DNA of 64,000 nt from Azolla caroliniana (Eukaryota; Plantae; Polypodiophyta), in assembly GCA_043228905.1 (NCBI GenBank), contig JBHGNT010000148.1:982-64981 (forward strand), given 5' to 3'. The stretch's first letter is position 1, and the number at the start of each line of letters is the position of its first letter. Shown here in pieces: positions 25,865 through 39,002 of the stretch. The position numbers and the translations under genes were made by a program. The notes below the pieces were generated by a model. The model made no database searches, was not told the DNA's origin, and saw only the letters and a list, made by a program, of their open reading frames with translations.

Positions 25865-27773
25865 CTTTATTATACTTATTAATCATATAAACATGATGAT
25901 GTAGTGGTAAAGCTTGCTCAATTACAAAGACTACATGTTGAAGTCGCAAAGCATGGGATTGGATGTTTTTTGTTATAAAATTTCCAATTACACTTTGATC
26001 CCATAATTATATTGTTTTACAAATCACTTTCCATTCAACAATAGACAATGGGTATGATGTTATGTTTACCTACAAATTAACTTCATACTTTTAGGTAGAG
26101 GTCATGCCTATGGTCAAATTCTTGCAAAAACATGGTTTTGGAAATCACATTCCACTAAACAATATCATTGCCTTAGGCCCATCCTTTCAATAAGAATGAA
26201 GCCTTGTAATATTGTACCATGGATAGTTTGATGGGTCTATTGTCTTGCTTTGTGTGGACAAATGACCATTTTCACATAGGGTAGACAAAGAACCTACATA
26301 TGAATTGTAGATTCATATTGTGTGCATAGACAAAAGTCTTGGATGTGGCATGTCCACTGCTTGCGAAAATATGTTCAACAAGAGATGAGAGTTTTGTTTG
26401 CAAAAATGGTTCATTTATTCAATGAGCAAGTCATTACCCATTCAATTACCAAATGAAAATGGGTGTTGTCTACTTGTGTAGGTTTCCGTGATATGTCGTT
26501 GACGTGGGTAGTATGATTGCTACTAAGTAGAGGCGTTTGTTCAATTTTTAAGTACAACCTAAAAGAGGTTGGCTAATGCTCGAGGGTTGATTAACATCAC
26601 AACACATTATCTACATTTACCACACATGATGTAACTTTGTACGCAAAATGAAGTAATTATAGAGCACAATGTACTATGAGATGGGGATGATGTAATGAAC
26701 AATACTTACCAAGGGACAAGGGATACCATTGCAAAGTCGCACCATTGAACATATTTGCAAAGGACACAAATGATAATGGGGAGATGAGAAAGCATAGACG
26801 AGAAGTATGCAATTAGGCTCGAATTTGTTTTTTGCAAACAAAGATGTTTAGACATAGGTTATCTAGATTACAATAAGGAAGCACAATTGAGTATTTGGTT
26901 CTACTTCTCGCTTAACCGATTCAATATTTTATTTGTTGGACATTTGTATATGAGGTCCTTTTATAATATAAGGATCTCAATATCCCATGAGTAGTATTGG
27001 GACAGAGCATTTATTTTCAATAATGGTTGACTAATTTCAAAGTTGCTTGTGGTTGTTGATGTCTCTTGTTCAATAACTAGGATTTGATCGAGTCTATTAA
27101 ACCTATATATGTAGCATTGGTAGTGGTCACAAGTCAATGGTCGTCGACAATCAATACTTAGCAATTGTGGTTGTGATATGTGTTGATTAGACTTCATTAT
27201 GAAATGAAGTGTTTGGCGCCTTATTCGTGAGTAGGTGCACTTAGGACATATACGTTAATGATACAAGATGAAGATTTGACATAGAGCTAATGAAAATAAA
27301 ATGTGATTAAGAGTAATTATTACACTAACATGAGAATGCTTAGAGTTTACATAAGCTAGCACACCTTTGCTATGACAATACAAGAGGTGCACGACTCTAC
27401 TTTGATGATGATGCAAATTAAGAGGGTCATTAGTCAATGAATCCCAACGACTAAGAAATGAGATAAGGTAGCATCCTCTTTTGTTTGCCCCCCTCTTTTA
27501 TGGGGGATTTAGGAAGGGACAAACGCCTTCATGCATATGTTCATTAAAGCTCGTTGGCTGTGGTGAGTTCATGTTTTCATAACCTTTACTAACTAGGAGA
27601 TACTTAACGTTAATAATAACATTGTAATTTGATCCTCAACTCCTTAGTTATATAGGAGGCCAACCATATATCTACATTACATATTATAGTGTTACAACCC
27701 ATTGGATGATCAACATCGTATTCGTCATCAAATCATTGACTCTCTTTTAATGTGATGTTGGAACTATTTCGAC

Positions 27774-28285
27774 TAACAATCGGCAACGGTTTGGTTTGAG
27801 AGGGTCCAAACCAAACCGTTTAAATTTTTTGAAACCTGAACCGAACCGAACCATGAAACCGAACCGTTAAACAATTTTCAAACCGTTAAACCATTAAACC
27901 ATTAAACCATTAAACCGTGGTTTTGTGGTTCGGTTTCAGTTTTCAACATAGGTCAAAATTTTAAATTTTAAATTTTTTAAATTTATAATATTTCATTATT
28001 TAGAATTTTTAAAAATTTTAAGATGTTCCTAAAATGTGAGAATAAGGTGTACAAATGAAAAGATTGTTTAAAAACATTTTTAAATTTTTTTTAAAAAAAA
28101 TTTAAAAAAATTAAAAAATAAAAATAAAAACCGTTAAACCATTTAAACCACAGTTTTTGACTATTGAAACCAAACCGAACCGTTTTAAAAAACCTAAACC
28201 TAAACCGAACCGTTGAAACCGTTAAGCTGTTAAACCACGGTTTCGCTGTTCGGTTCGGTTCATACCAAACCGTTGCCGATTGTTA
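27774..28285. mobile_element. hAT-type MITE, copy 2
   Basis: 22-bp TIR taacaatcggcaacggtttggt; 8-bp TSD atttcgac/atttcaac (one mismatch); internal sequence colinear with copy 1. Confidence 0.92.
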
Positions 28286-28842
28286 ATTTCAACTTAAGTT
28301 AATCTTGTTCCATTATTTGTGAGAAGTTTCAATCCTTAATATATTCATGTCCCCAGCCAATGGACCAGATAAAGCTTTGCATATGTCTTTCTTTAACGAG
28401 TTGTTAGCATTAGTGGAAAGCAATGACATTGTTTTTTGACCTCACCATAACCCTGAAATCTCTCTTATAAGTTCCATGTTTGGAAACGGATGGTGGTGTC
28501 TACATTGTGGTTTACATACATGTCTTGCTTTCACCAATTGTTAGCCATAACGTATGACAATGATAATTAACCTTTTGAGTTACGGAAAGCGATCAAAAGA
28601 CAAAATACCAGAGAAACAAATTGTATCCTTAACTTGTTGCCGATTTATCCAAGACTACCTCAAGCAAGATAAGCAAGATTTACTACTTCATAAGGCATCA
28701 AATTCGTGAGTTCCGAAAAACGTGGGGTGGCAAATGTCCAAAGTAACAAATTGAGGATATTTCGTTGTGTTTTTTTCCCCCTACCTCGTGCATCACTACA
28801 ATTGACGGGGTAGAAGCAAAATGTAAGATGTAGCCTGGTAGG

Positions 28843-28935
28843 AATCGGCAACGGCTCGGCTCAAGCTTGAATTGATCTCATCAAACTTAAAACCGTTTCT
28901 AAATGGTTTGGCGGTTCGGTTCGGTTCGGTTCGGT
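28843..28935. repeat. Degenerate MITE-related end with (GTTCG)n, upstream of the LPA1-like gene
   Basis: aatcggcaacgg matches the TIR core; followed by ggttcggttcggttcggttcggt. No second TIR or TSD found. Confidence 0.5.
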
Positions 28936-29065
28936 ACATACATACGTACATACATACATCACCACACAATATGATAATGTAGTACATATATGTATGTATT
29001 AGAAGAACCGCTTCATTCCTCAAATGCTCTGTTTCAGCTCGGCTATGGAGTGCCTTCTTTCTCAC

Positions 29066-32000
29066 ATGGCTTCTTCTCCTCCTCTGCATCATCCCAGACC
29101 CATTTCTCGATTCATCACGTTGTCTCCAAGGAATCTGCCCATTTCTCTATCAGGAAATGTTTCTTTATTACCTCTGAATCGGTTTCTGAGGTATCCGTCT
29201 CGCACCAGGAGAAACAGAGTCCTCGTTGTATGCTCAATGCCTCCCGATGATTCATCATCACGTGTACCGAAAATCAGGTAGAAATGTTGTGTATCATACG
29301 CATGCGCACATGTTGACAAATTTTCCCTATCCATCGTAGACTCATACGGCGACTGTCTTAAGTTTTGGTTTATTTATCCATTTCATGAGCTAAAAAGCTA
29401 ATTAATGGTTAAGTTGTTTCTTTTATGCACGTTACTTGTGAGATGGCGATTACAGGAAAGTTAGACTCTCATTTCTATGACTTAAAAGTAACATATGGTT
29501 ATGGCATCTAAGTAAAGTAATTCATTAGACATTATTAGTAATGCCAGGTTTGGAAAACGTGTGTTAAATTCTCCCTATAATTGTTGTCAGGATGCAAATA
29601 TGTATCTTGGGTCCATTCTCTCATACAAGTATGTAATCTCTATTTAGAGTTTAGGTTATGTGCATAATCTGAACCATGTAGCTACCATATGGAACATTGC
29701 ATTCATTTCTTTGGCATCATTGGATTTTGATCTGTTCGGTTCACATCAGTTGATGAGCTGTTTGTTATGTACAATATTACAACTTAACCCGTTAGTCTCA
29801 AGAAAAAGCTCTCGATCTGTCAATCCCTATTGAACCATATCGAGTGGTCATTGCTGAACTTGAGAACTTTTATGCCGTGTTAACTTGTGGAAAATGATAG
29901 AAGCAGCACAAGATCAACTCAACAAAATACACAGAGAATAAACATATGTTTATTTTAAGCAGATGGTGGAAGTGTCGTTATATGAACAGGGTTGGCACAA
30001 TGCAAGTTATACATCATGTGCTGTTAAGTGAGCAGGCACAGAACTCAGAAAGTGAATAGAGTGACGAATATTAAAATGCATTGTAAAGTTCCCTTCTTCA
30101 TCATTTCTCAAGGGACCTGAAACAACCAATTTCTCTGTTCTGAAATGGTGGGCAGCTAAATGTTTATGTAGGATTTCCCACCACACTTGCGATGATGCCA
30201 CTCATGGAAGTTGTGATGATCATGGTTTAAGAAGCAATTGATAATTGGATTTGGTTTAGCTCCTATGCTGATGCAATATTGGCTTGTGTGTTTGCTATCT
30301 TTCTTAGAAATCCACGTATCACATGAGATGGCTCTATTGGAGCTTGTTTGTATGTGGATTCCTGGCACCCTTAAAATGCTGACTTGTGATGGAAAGGACG
30401 ACTGAAAGTCAGATGCCATTTAAAGTTTCTGATTGCAGCATCACCTTATGTTGTATCCTTTATTGCTGCGCTTCCATTTCCTGATTTTTCAGAATCTTTT
30501 CTTGTGGAGAGCTTTTACAATGTCTATATTTATTTTGGTTTATTTTCGGTCTTATCAGCGGCTATTTTGGCCTCTTCAAAAATTAATTTCTTTCTTTCTC
30601 CTACTCTGTTTTTCTCTGTTTTCAGAGAAAGAGAGAGAGAGAAAGAGAGAAAGAGAGAGAGAGGATTAAAGACTCAAGAGAGGTAGATAATTGAACTTGT
30701 GATATTGTCATCAGCTCTGCAGCGAAGATAAGAAGCGAGGTTATATCGCCATTTAGATCTGTACGGATATTCTTTTATTTGGCATTCATAGCAAGTGCAA
30801 GTATAGGTGCTTTGACATCCCTTCCACGTTTGATTGCTGCTATAGGGCATGCTCCAAATGCATCACCTACAACGGAGGTTTTGTCTGGATTAGGAATAGA
30901 TTTGGTTGCTGTTTTGGTTTTTGCACTTCTGTACCGAGCTGATGTGAAAGCACAAGACTTACAGATAGCAAGGCTATCAAGAGAAGAAACTTTAGCTGGT
31001 CTTAAAATTGAATTGAGCAACAAGAAAGTATTGGCACTAGAACAAACAAGAGGTGTAGCTCGTCTTGCTATCGTTGCTGGAACTTCTTCTCACATTGAAG
31101 AAGCATGCCGACGAAGTCAACCATATTTTTTACCTCTTCTTGAAAGAGGAGTTGTGGTGGTTTATTTTGCCACAGATGGACAAGTGCCCAATTTAGAATT
31201 CTCAGCTGATGTTCCTTTGAGACCGCAAGAACAAAATGAAAATAAAGAAGAGAATTTGGACTCTGTAAACAAAGAAGAAGTTCGTGTTGAAAAGCTCTGG
31301 AGAGGAAGGCCTATCTACACATCTGAATGGTTCAGGCAAGCTCTCATTTTCTTCCTACTTTTTGTACAAGTTCTTAATCCTTACGCTTCATATAAGCTCT
31401 TGTTTTTTTCCTTAATTGGTGCAAGCTCTTTACTTTTTTTAATTGTCGCAAACATTTGTGCACATTCTGTTTTTTCACCGTAATTGTTGCAACGAGATCT
31501 ATATTTCTTATTTGTTGTAAAATCTTTTCATACATTTATTTTTGGCTTAATTGCTTCAATAGAGCTCTTTTTTCCATATATTTTTGCAAACTTTTCATGC
31601 AGACATTTTTCCCTAATTGTCTCTAGCTTTTATGGATGTTTTCTTGTTTTTTTTCTTAATTCTTGCAAGTGTTTTTAACATTATTTAGTGCTAACTTTTC
31701 ATGTAAATGTTTTTCTTCCTCAAAGTTTGCAATCTTTCAATTGTTCAGAGTACTTGATTAACGTAGGAGTTAACAATGGTTGGCAGGTGGTTAAATGACC
31801 AAAAGAAGATTGCGAATGTGCCAGATGATTCTCCTGTGTAAGTAACAACTCTACTTAGTCTCTTTTGAAGTATAAAATGGAGATGGTGTCTACCAAATCC
31901 ACCATCACTACTAGCTAATTTCTGCTTACCAGATAACTAACTCTAGTCAGGTTATTGGCGCATTCTCCTGAAAATGAACCTATTTTTCTCTCTTAATGTG

Positions 32001-32490
32001 TGGATTGATTGCCACAAATGGGCAGTCTCTGCCTTGTGAAAATGAACCACTTTTCTCTCTTTTAATGGGGCTACCAAGTGATGGCAATATTCTCTTTTGT
32101 GAATATGCATCATTCTTTCTCTCTTAATGGAGGTTTCTTGTAAAAAAGTACATTTGTTTTTTGTTCATATTTCAGTTGTGCAAATTGGTAGCCTCTATTT
32201 GTTTTGTGATAATGAACTATTTCTTTCTCTCAATTGGCGTTCAAACTGAGTTAAACTTCCTAATTGTCTTAGAGTGAAAGTGCAGTAACCACTAGGGACA
32301 CATCGAAGCATTGTGATTGATTATATGACCTATAAGAGCGTTCCTTTACAGATATCTATCGCTTCGCTTGGATGGGCGGGTTCGAGGCAGTGGGAAAGGA
32401 TTTCCACCTTGGGGTGCACTTGTGGCACAATTACCTCCCTTAAAAGGTATATGGAAAGGTGTATTAGATGGCATGGATGGCAGAGTTTGA
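29066..32490 (+). CDS. LPA1-like: LOW PSII ACCUMULATION 1-like (DUF3493) chloroplast thylakoid protein, TPR-less type, 4 exons, about 340 aa
   Basis: Exons 29066-29277, 30715-31335, 31787-31837, 32352-32490 (in-frame alternative starts at 29024 and 29045). S/R/P-rich transit peptide, KIRSEVISPFRSVRIFFYLAF, two TM helices, ARLSREETL, YLSLRLDGRVRGSGKGFPPW, GMDGRV*. Intron 2 needs a GC donor. Confidence 0.92.
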
Positions 32491-32741
32491 ACTAACACAT
32501 TTTGGGTAGAGATGAGTCCCATATGTATGATGTTCCTTCAATCATTGCAAACGAGAAAACAATCTAATGGATAAAAGAGCTGACATATTTCATCGACGAT
32601 ATTGAATGTGAAGTATTTGCCAATTCATAAAGAGGCTTCCATTCATCATTATAAGGTTTGATTATCTCCTTTTGGAAGCTCTTTCATTGACGTATGTGGT
32701 AATGATTGGAAATAGGTTATATGTATACATCTGAGTATCAG

Positions 32742-32996
32742 ATTGTTATATGCCTATTATCTGACCATATGACACCTTGCCTTGTAATTTTGAGTGTAAA
32801 GTATTTGTAAATCAATAGATACCTCATTTAATTGTAATAAAAACTTATATTCACTGAAAGTGGTATTGATTGGAAACAGATAATGTATATCCAAATATTG
32901 GATTATTATATACCTGTAGTCTTAACATATGATGCCTTGCCATGTAATTTCGAGAGTGAAGTCTTTGTAAATGGATACCATTTAAATGTAATAAAT
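32742..32996 (+). repeat. Degenerate tandem duplication (period about 160 bp) downstream of the LPA1-like stop, each copy ending in tgtaataaa
   Basis: About 32742-32841 aligns by eye with about 32902-32996. Confidence 0.7.
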
Positions 32997-35900
32997 ATTT
33001 ATCTGTCTTTCCTCCACATCCGTGCAAACATACAACTCTCATATGTCATTGGAAAGTGAATCCAATTTCAACTTATCAAATATATGCCAGATTTTGAAGA
33101 AACACATTGTTTTTTTAAGAAATGTTATTGTTATGTTATGTTTCTTGTCTCCCTCCGGTAAGTAAACAGCGCATCCATGTTGTTTTTCTTAATGTAGGAC
33201 TATGTACTAATACAAATTGAAAGATGTTCACATTGTCGTGGTGCACTGATAAAATTCTTAGAGATTGGTGAAGCTGCACAACAGAACAGAATGCTTATAA
33301 TTCCAAATGATCTGATCGATGCCTTTCAATCCATCATCTGAGTATTGATTTTTGATCCTTTGTTTGGCATTAAACAATTGGACAAGCTTTACAACATTCA
33401 TAGTACTGGGAAATGCCCCTTATGATTTGAGAGAGTTCGTCAGTAAAAAAGAGTGTCTTACCATTGCTTATTGATCCTTTATCATAAATGATCACCATCA
33501 GATGATGCATGTATGATCCTTTAATGTGCTAGCCACATCTTTGATTCACTTTGGTAGTTGTACAGAAAAGGCCATATTCTCTTATTAGTGCGTGCGTAAA
33601 TAGATTATGCATTGAATTAGTGTGGAGAGGTTGGTTGGCCATATTCTCTGTCTGCATTTGCTTAAATAATTTTGTTAACTATATCTAAAAGATAAATTAC
33701 AAGGGTGGCTTTTGATACAAAAAACTAAAATCTTGCAAAATACACCAAATACTTAGCATATCGATTAGAATACATAGTTTAAATGCCTTCAGAAAGTCTA
33801 ATGTTAAAAAGTAACAATAATACGGGAGATTGATTAGTATGACTTATCTAGAGACGCATAATAGGGCTTTTTTGTAAGTTATTCAGAATTCTGGGCACAA
33901 GTGTCGTAGTACTTGGATTTGCTCATAAGGTTTGATGCTTTTGTTAATAGACATGATTTACCTAGATTCATATAATGTAAATGTTTGATTATCCAGCATA
34001 TATTTCTGCACACTTATGTTGTCCTTTAATAATGTGTCAATGGTTTGGATTGCCCTAATTAATATCACAATAGTATATGTTGTAATTTCAAATACATATT
34101 GTTGCTCTTGACCGAGATTCATCATGGTCATTGCTGGATATCTATAGCCTTCTTACTCATAATAACATTATAATGCGCGGATTGAAATTAGTAATTAAAT
34201 ATCAAACCCTAAAAACTTGAGCTTCCACCACTAGCCATCATCATTACTAGTATAATCAGGTGGGAAATTCTTCTGCTGGCTGCAACATTGCATAACCTTC
34301 ACTAGTTAATTCTGAACCTAAGGTAAAAAAAAAAAACAGCCTCATAGGAAATCAGTGGAGACCAATTTGTTTAATGGGAAGAGTCTATCAGATTTATTCT
34401 CAAACATGATTGGTAATAGGTTACATAAGCTTTTTGCCCATGATTGTGCATAAAAAAATCAAATGGTTTCATTGCAGGAAGGCATATTAATTTAACTATA
34501 CAAATTTCAATGGATTATGTTACAGATAGTTCTTGAGAAAGATTATGATAATGTGGATCAATGTTTTATATGAGATTTGGTGCATGTATGTGTGTTCCCA
34601 TTGATATATATCTATTGGGAGAGGATTTTGTTTCACATGTTATGCATAATGGTCTAATCATGCTGGCAATTCTTATTCATAAATCTGTTGACAATACATT
34701 CACATACCTACAAATTCTTCTTCATAAATTTGTTTTACTAAAGTGTTTGGACTCATTTTATCATCAAGAAATGATCCGTCATGTTATTTATGCATTAACG
34801 TACACGATCACATTATGTTTCTAGGGGCAAATCCAGATAATGTTAGGAAAGCTATGGAAGCGCGGCATCTACTATACTGTCGCTTTAGGGTTCAAAATAA
34901 ATACGAGGAAATCAATCATTTTTTCATGCACCCAAAAGAACTTTAGTGGAGATTGGATGGTCAATTATTAATGTAGGGTCACACGACTTGGATGTTTCCA
35001 TTGTCCATTTGAGAAATTCCTTAATCTCCTTCAATTGCCTTAATGATCTTTAGGAACCCCCCCTACTATGTTAACATTTTTCATGTTCAAAGACTTCTTT
35101 GCTAGTCCAGACAGATATCACATTTTGCCTTTCTATCCACATTGTCTGGAGAAGGAATCCACGTCTTTTAGTGAACAATGGGCTTATTTTGTGGTTATCT
35201 TGACATCTTATTGGCCAATAAGAAATAAAATAAGTCCATGCTTAGCAACAACATCTTGATTTGTCCCCACCAAATATTTATTTTCCTCACGACACACGAG
35301 CTTTGAACATCTTTTACATGTTCATTTGATATATCATTATGTAATTAAAATCTAACTTAGCAGATCCTAAAGAGCATCTCTCTTTCTCATTTTGCTATTT
35401 GTGTTTGGGTGTATCCAAAGCTTTGTTTATATTAGTCTTGATCAACCACCAGTTCACTTAGACAAAAAGACCATGATGTTGATTCCTTTGTTTTTCGTAA
35501 CATGTCTTGTGTCCACTCCATCCAATTAAAATAGTCTTATAAGACATTTAATAACATTGTAGGTGCAAAAATTAAACCGTGATAAATAACTAAAATTGTA
35601 GAAAGTGTTTTGATCTATATGGGCATTTTACATGTATGTGTGATGGATGTTGGCTATTTATAGATATGTATCGAATAGTTTCACACTTTCATGGGCTAAA
35701 GAGCTCAATTCTTCATAAAAATTGTCTACTTTATGACATATCAAACATTGTAGTTGTAGATATGTGACCATTTATGAATCCAATCACCATCAGAGTTCAT
35801 TCAACACTTCCACTACATGAGATGCAAGCTTTAATTGCAACATTGGACATGTCACACTTATGATCTTGTGGTACGACTTTTTACCATTGGTAGTTTGTAG

Positions 35901-38900
35901 CAAATTTCTTTCGATCAAATAAACAAGGCACAATATCGATTTTTTTAAATCAGATGACCTTGTGATTTGATGTGTTTTCGTATCTTAATTTTTTTATAAT
36001 ATAATTACATAAATGACATCCTTCTTGAAATGAATTAATAAGAACTTGCACGATGCAATGTGCACATGCAATTGGAAAATGCATATTTTCGATAATTGTT
36101 TCTCTCTTACATCGGTAAACAATGAGAGTTGATAAGTGTAGTATAATTTATAAATGTGTGTGTGTGTGTAAACGCGCATGTGAGTTAGAGTTAAAAAAGT
36201 TAAAAACTATACATGCATGTCACATTGAAGTGAAACGTGTATGCACTAAAACCACTTGCTTATTCGGAAACAACCTTCTCCATTTATCATTGAAGGTGTA
36301 ATTTTTATTATTTATAGGGTATACTTGATGATGGATTGGTATTTTTAAGGTGTAAAGAAGTTATTCTCAAGCGAGTGGCTTTCTCAATCTCATTCTTTAT
36401 GTTTAGATTTATAGAAAATAAAGACCCCATGAAATAAGGATTTTGTATTATACTTTGGTAACTAGTGTTGGTTCTCCATGTTTTTTGGTGTGTATGCTTG
36501 GAATGAACATGTGACTTATTCAATCATGTCGATAACCATAGGTGCATGATGGATCCAAATGGACTATAGAAGTGGACGTGTACAACCATCTCACTAATTC
36601 AGTCACTTTACAGATACCATAATTGCAGCATAGTTCTTTCTAAAAGAGTTGTACAATCTATGAGCATGTACAATAAGTTTATCTATAAATGGCATTGTGG
36701 TTTCTATGGGCTATACAATCTATGATAATGGACATACACAACCATTTAATTGACAACTCAACTTGTGAACAAAAATAGAGAAAAAGGGAGATTCTTCATA
36801 TAGTTTTCAAAAAGATGTTGGGAATCATTTACATTTGTTATTGGCTCAAACTACAATGGTAAAACCTTCAACTTCACTCTACTATTAGTGTAGCAACAAA
36901 AGTCATAACATTGAGATAACCTAAGTTCAATCCTTGCCATGGGCTAGGCCCGTCTTATGGATCACAATTGCTCTTCATTGGATGCTAAAAATAAATCTAC
37001 CTATCTATCTTAATTGTGTGTGAACAGATTCTCCGATGATTTTATTAACCAAGTAACTAATGCTTATAAGACAATAGTGTAAGTGTGAAAGATCAACTTA
37101 TATGCATGATTTAGAGCTTCATGGTTTCCATTAATGGTCATGTTCGCACATTTATATGAAATGCTACATACATTGCCTCTTTTTTGGATTATCTCAACCA
37201 TAGAGTTATGCTTTTATTGATAAACAATTATATTATGCAATCGAACTCAACATCAATAGTCTAAAAGAAAATGTTCAATACCGTGCATAAGCAATGCTTG
37301 TATACAAATCCTTTGATCCACGAAAGTGGAGGAGCTCATTAGGTATTGAAGAGACACATTTAACCCGAAATCAAGGAGTATACACATGTGTGATCGTGAA
37401 TAGTTGGAAGAACTTCTTAATAGAACTCAAGTAATCGTGATTGATAATATAACTTATAAGTGGATATGGTTTACCCATGTCATGCTCATGACCTAAGTAA
37501 TGTGTCAAAAGAAAAGTTTATTAAATTCATTCTTGGAAAAGACAAAGCTTTTTCTCTCTTTGTTGGTGTATGGAATCCTAGTTTCTCATGCGTTGTGACG
37601 TGTCCACTTGTGAAAAAAAAGAACAATCATGTGCATATGGTTCTATTATCAACCACAATGGTTTAACGAAATATTATGTAAGCGAAAAATTAAAGGACAT
37701 GGAGCCTTACAATAACTAAAATTCTACCAACATGGTTGTGTTTGATAACCAAAATGAAGAGTGGACGCCCATGTAGTAACACTTTTTGAATAAAAGGCAA
37801 ACATTAATATGTATTGTTCCCTACTCGTTATATCTCAAGATACTTTTTGGCCTTTAATGGGTAAGTTTTTGCGTGAAATGCTCCAACTTTTTCATTTTAA
37901 ATACAACGTTTTTCCAGTTTCGATGATGAGAATCCTCGTGCAAGTAAAACCGGATCTTTAACTAAGAGGCTTCATATTGGATGAGTGAAATTCAATGAAA
38001 ATTAAGCTTGTATGTTTTGAAAAGGGTGCATGATATCGAGGCCAATGTACAAAGTCGTGGTTAACAACCGAATATGGTTAAGTAGTAAGTGTGAATCTTA
38101 CATTGCTTCATTTCAGCACATGTCTCTTGTTTTGATCTATTGCAACAATCTTGCTTTTCAACATTGTCATTTCACCCACATTGCAAACAACCAATGGCAT
38201 TTTGCCACCTCAACACCATGCCCCTTCCAAAATTTCCATACTTATCATAAGCATTGGATGGATATATTGTCGATTCGGTAATAAGAAAGTGGGCAAAAGT
38301 TTTCTAATTGTGAATGATTGGACCAAACAAATGTGCAAGCACGCACATATGACAAATTTGTGCCAACTAACAACCCATTAAGCTTGTAATGCAATATACT
38401 ATTGACATTCAAAGACATGACAACACGATTTCCAAATTTGGTCTTTAAATCTACTTATCGTTTATGAATCATACCTAAGGGTGCAACAGAGTTGAGGTTG
38501 TCCCATACACCGGAGCTACGAAACTCTAGTGAAATGGACAAAGACATGCAATGTGATGGAGTCAGGAAAACTAGGAAACAAACAAGTTTTGTTTTTTGGG
38601 GGTGAGGCCCGAGGGTATAGCTCATGGTAGATAGATGTATTGAAGGAGCATGTTTATTTATATATTGATAAAGTGAACCTTATTTCATTGAAGGGAGAGG
38701 TTGCAAGAGTAGTGAAGTTTTAATTGTTCGTCGTGAGGAGGCAAACACATGACAAGAGAGGTCCCACAACCCACTAGGAGATCAGAAGGTCAAAAAGACA
38801 CATCAATGTGTGGGGCATATCTCTGGGTCTAACTTTTGGTTTCTTTCTCGCATCTTTTTAAGTACATAAAAATGTATGGCAAAGTCACTTTCTATATATC

Positions 38901-39002
38901 ACTCCACAAATATTCAATACTCTTGTTTGGGGCCTCACAATCTCCTTGTAACTTAAGTCTCTATCCCACTCTCTCTATCTCTTTTGGAGGGGGGGCAGGG
39001 TA

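Noticed and set aside
25865-25949. N-terminal part of the 295-aa ORF 25062-25949
   Set aside because: Lies outside the LINE, in the TSD and flank; chance read-through, not a real start.
33000-38900. Long region with scattered short ORFs and splice-like sites
   Set aside because: No consistent exon chain or recognisable protein.
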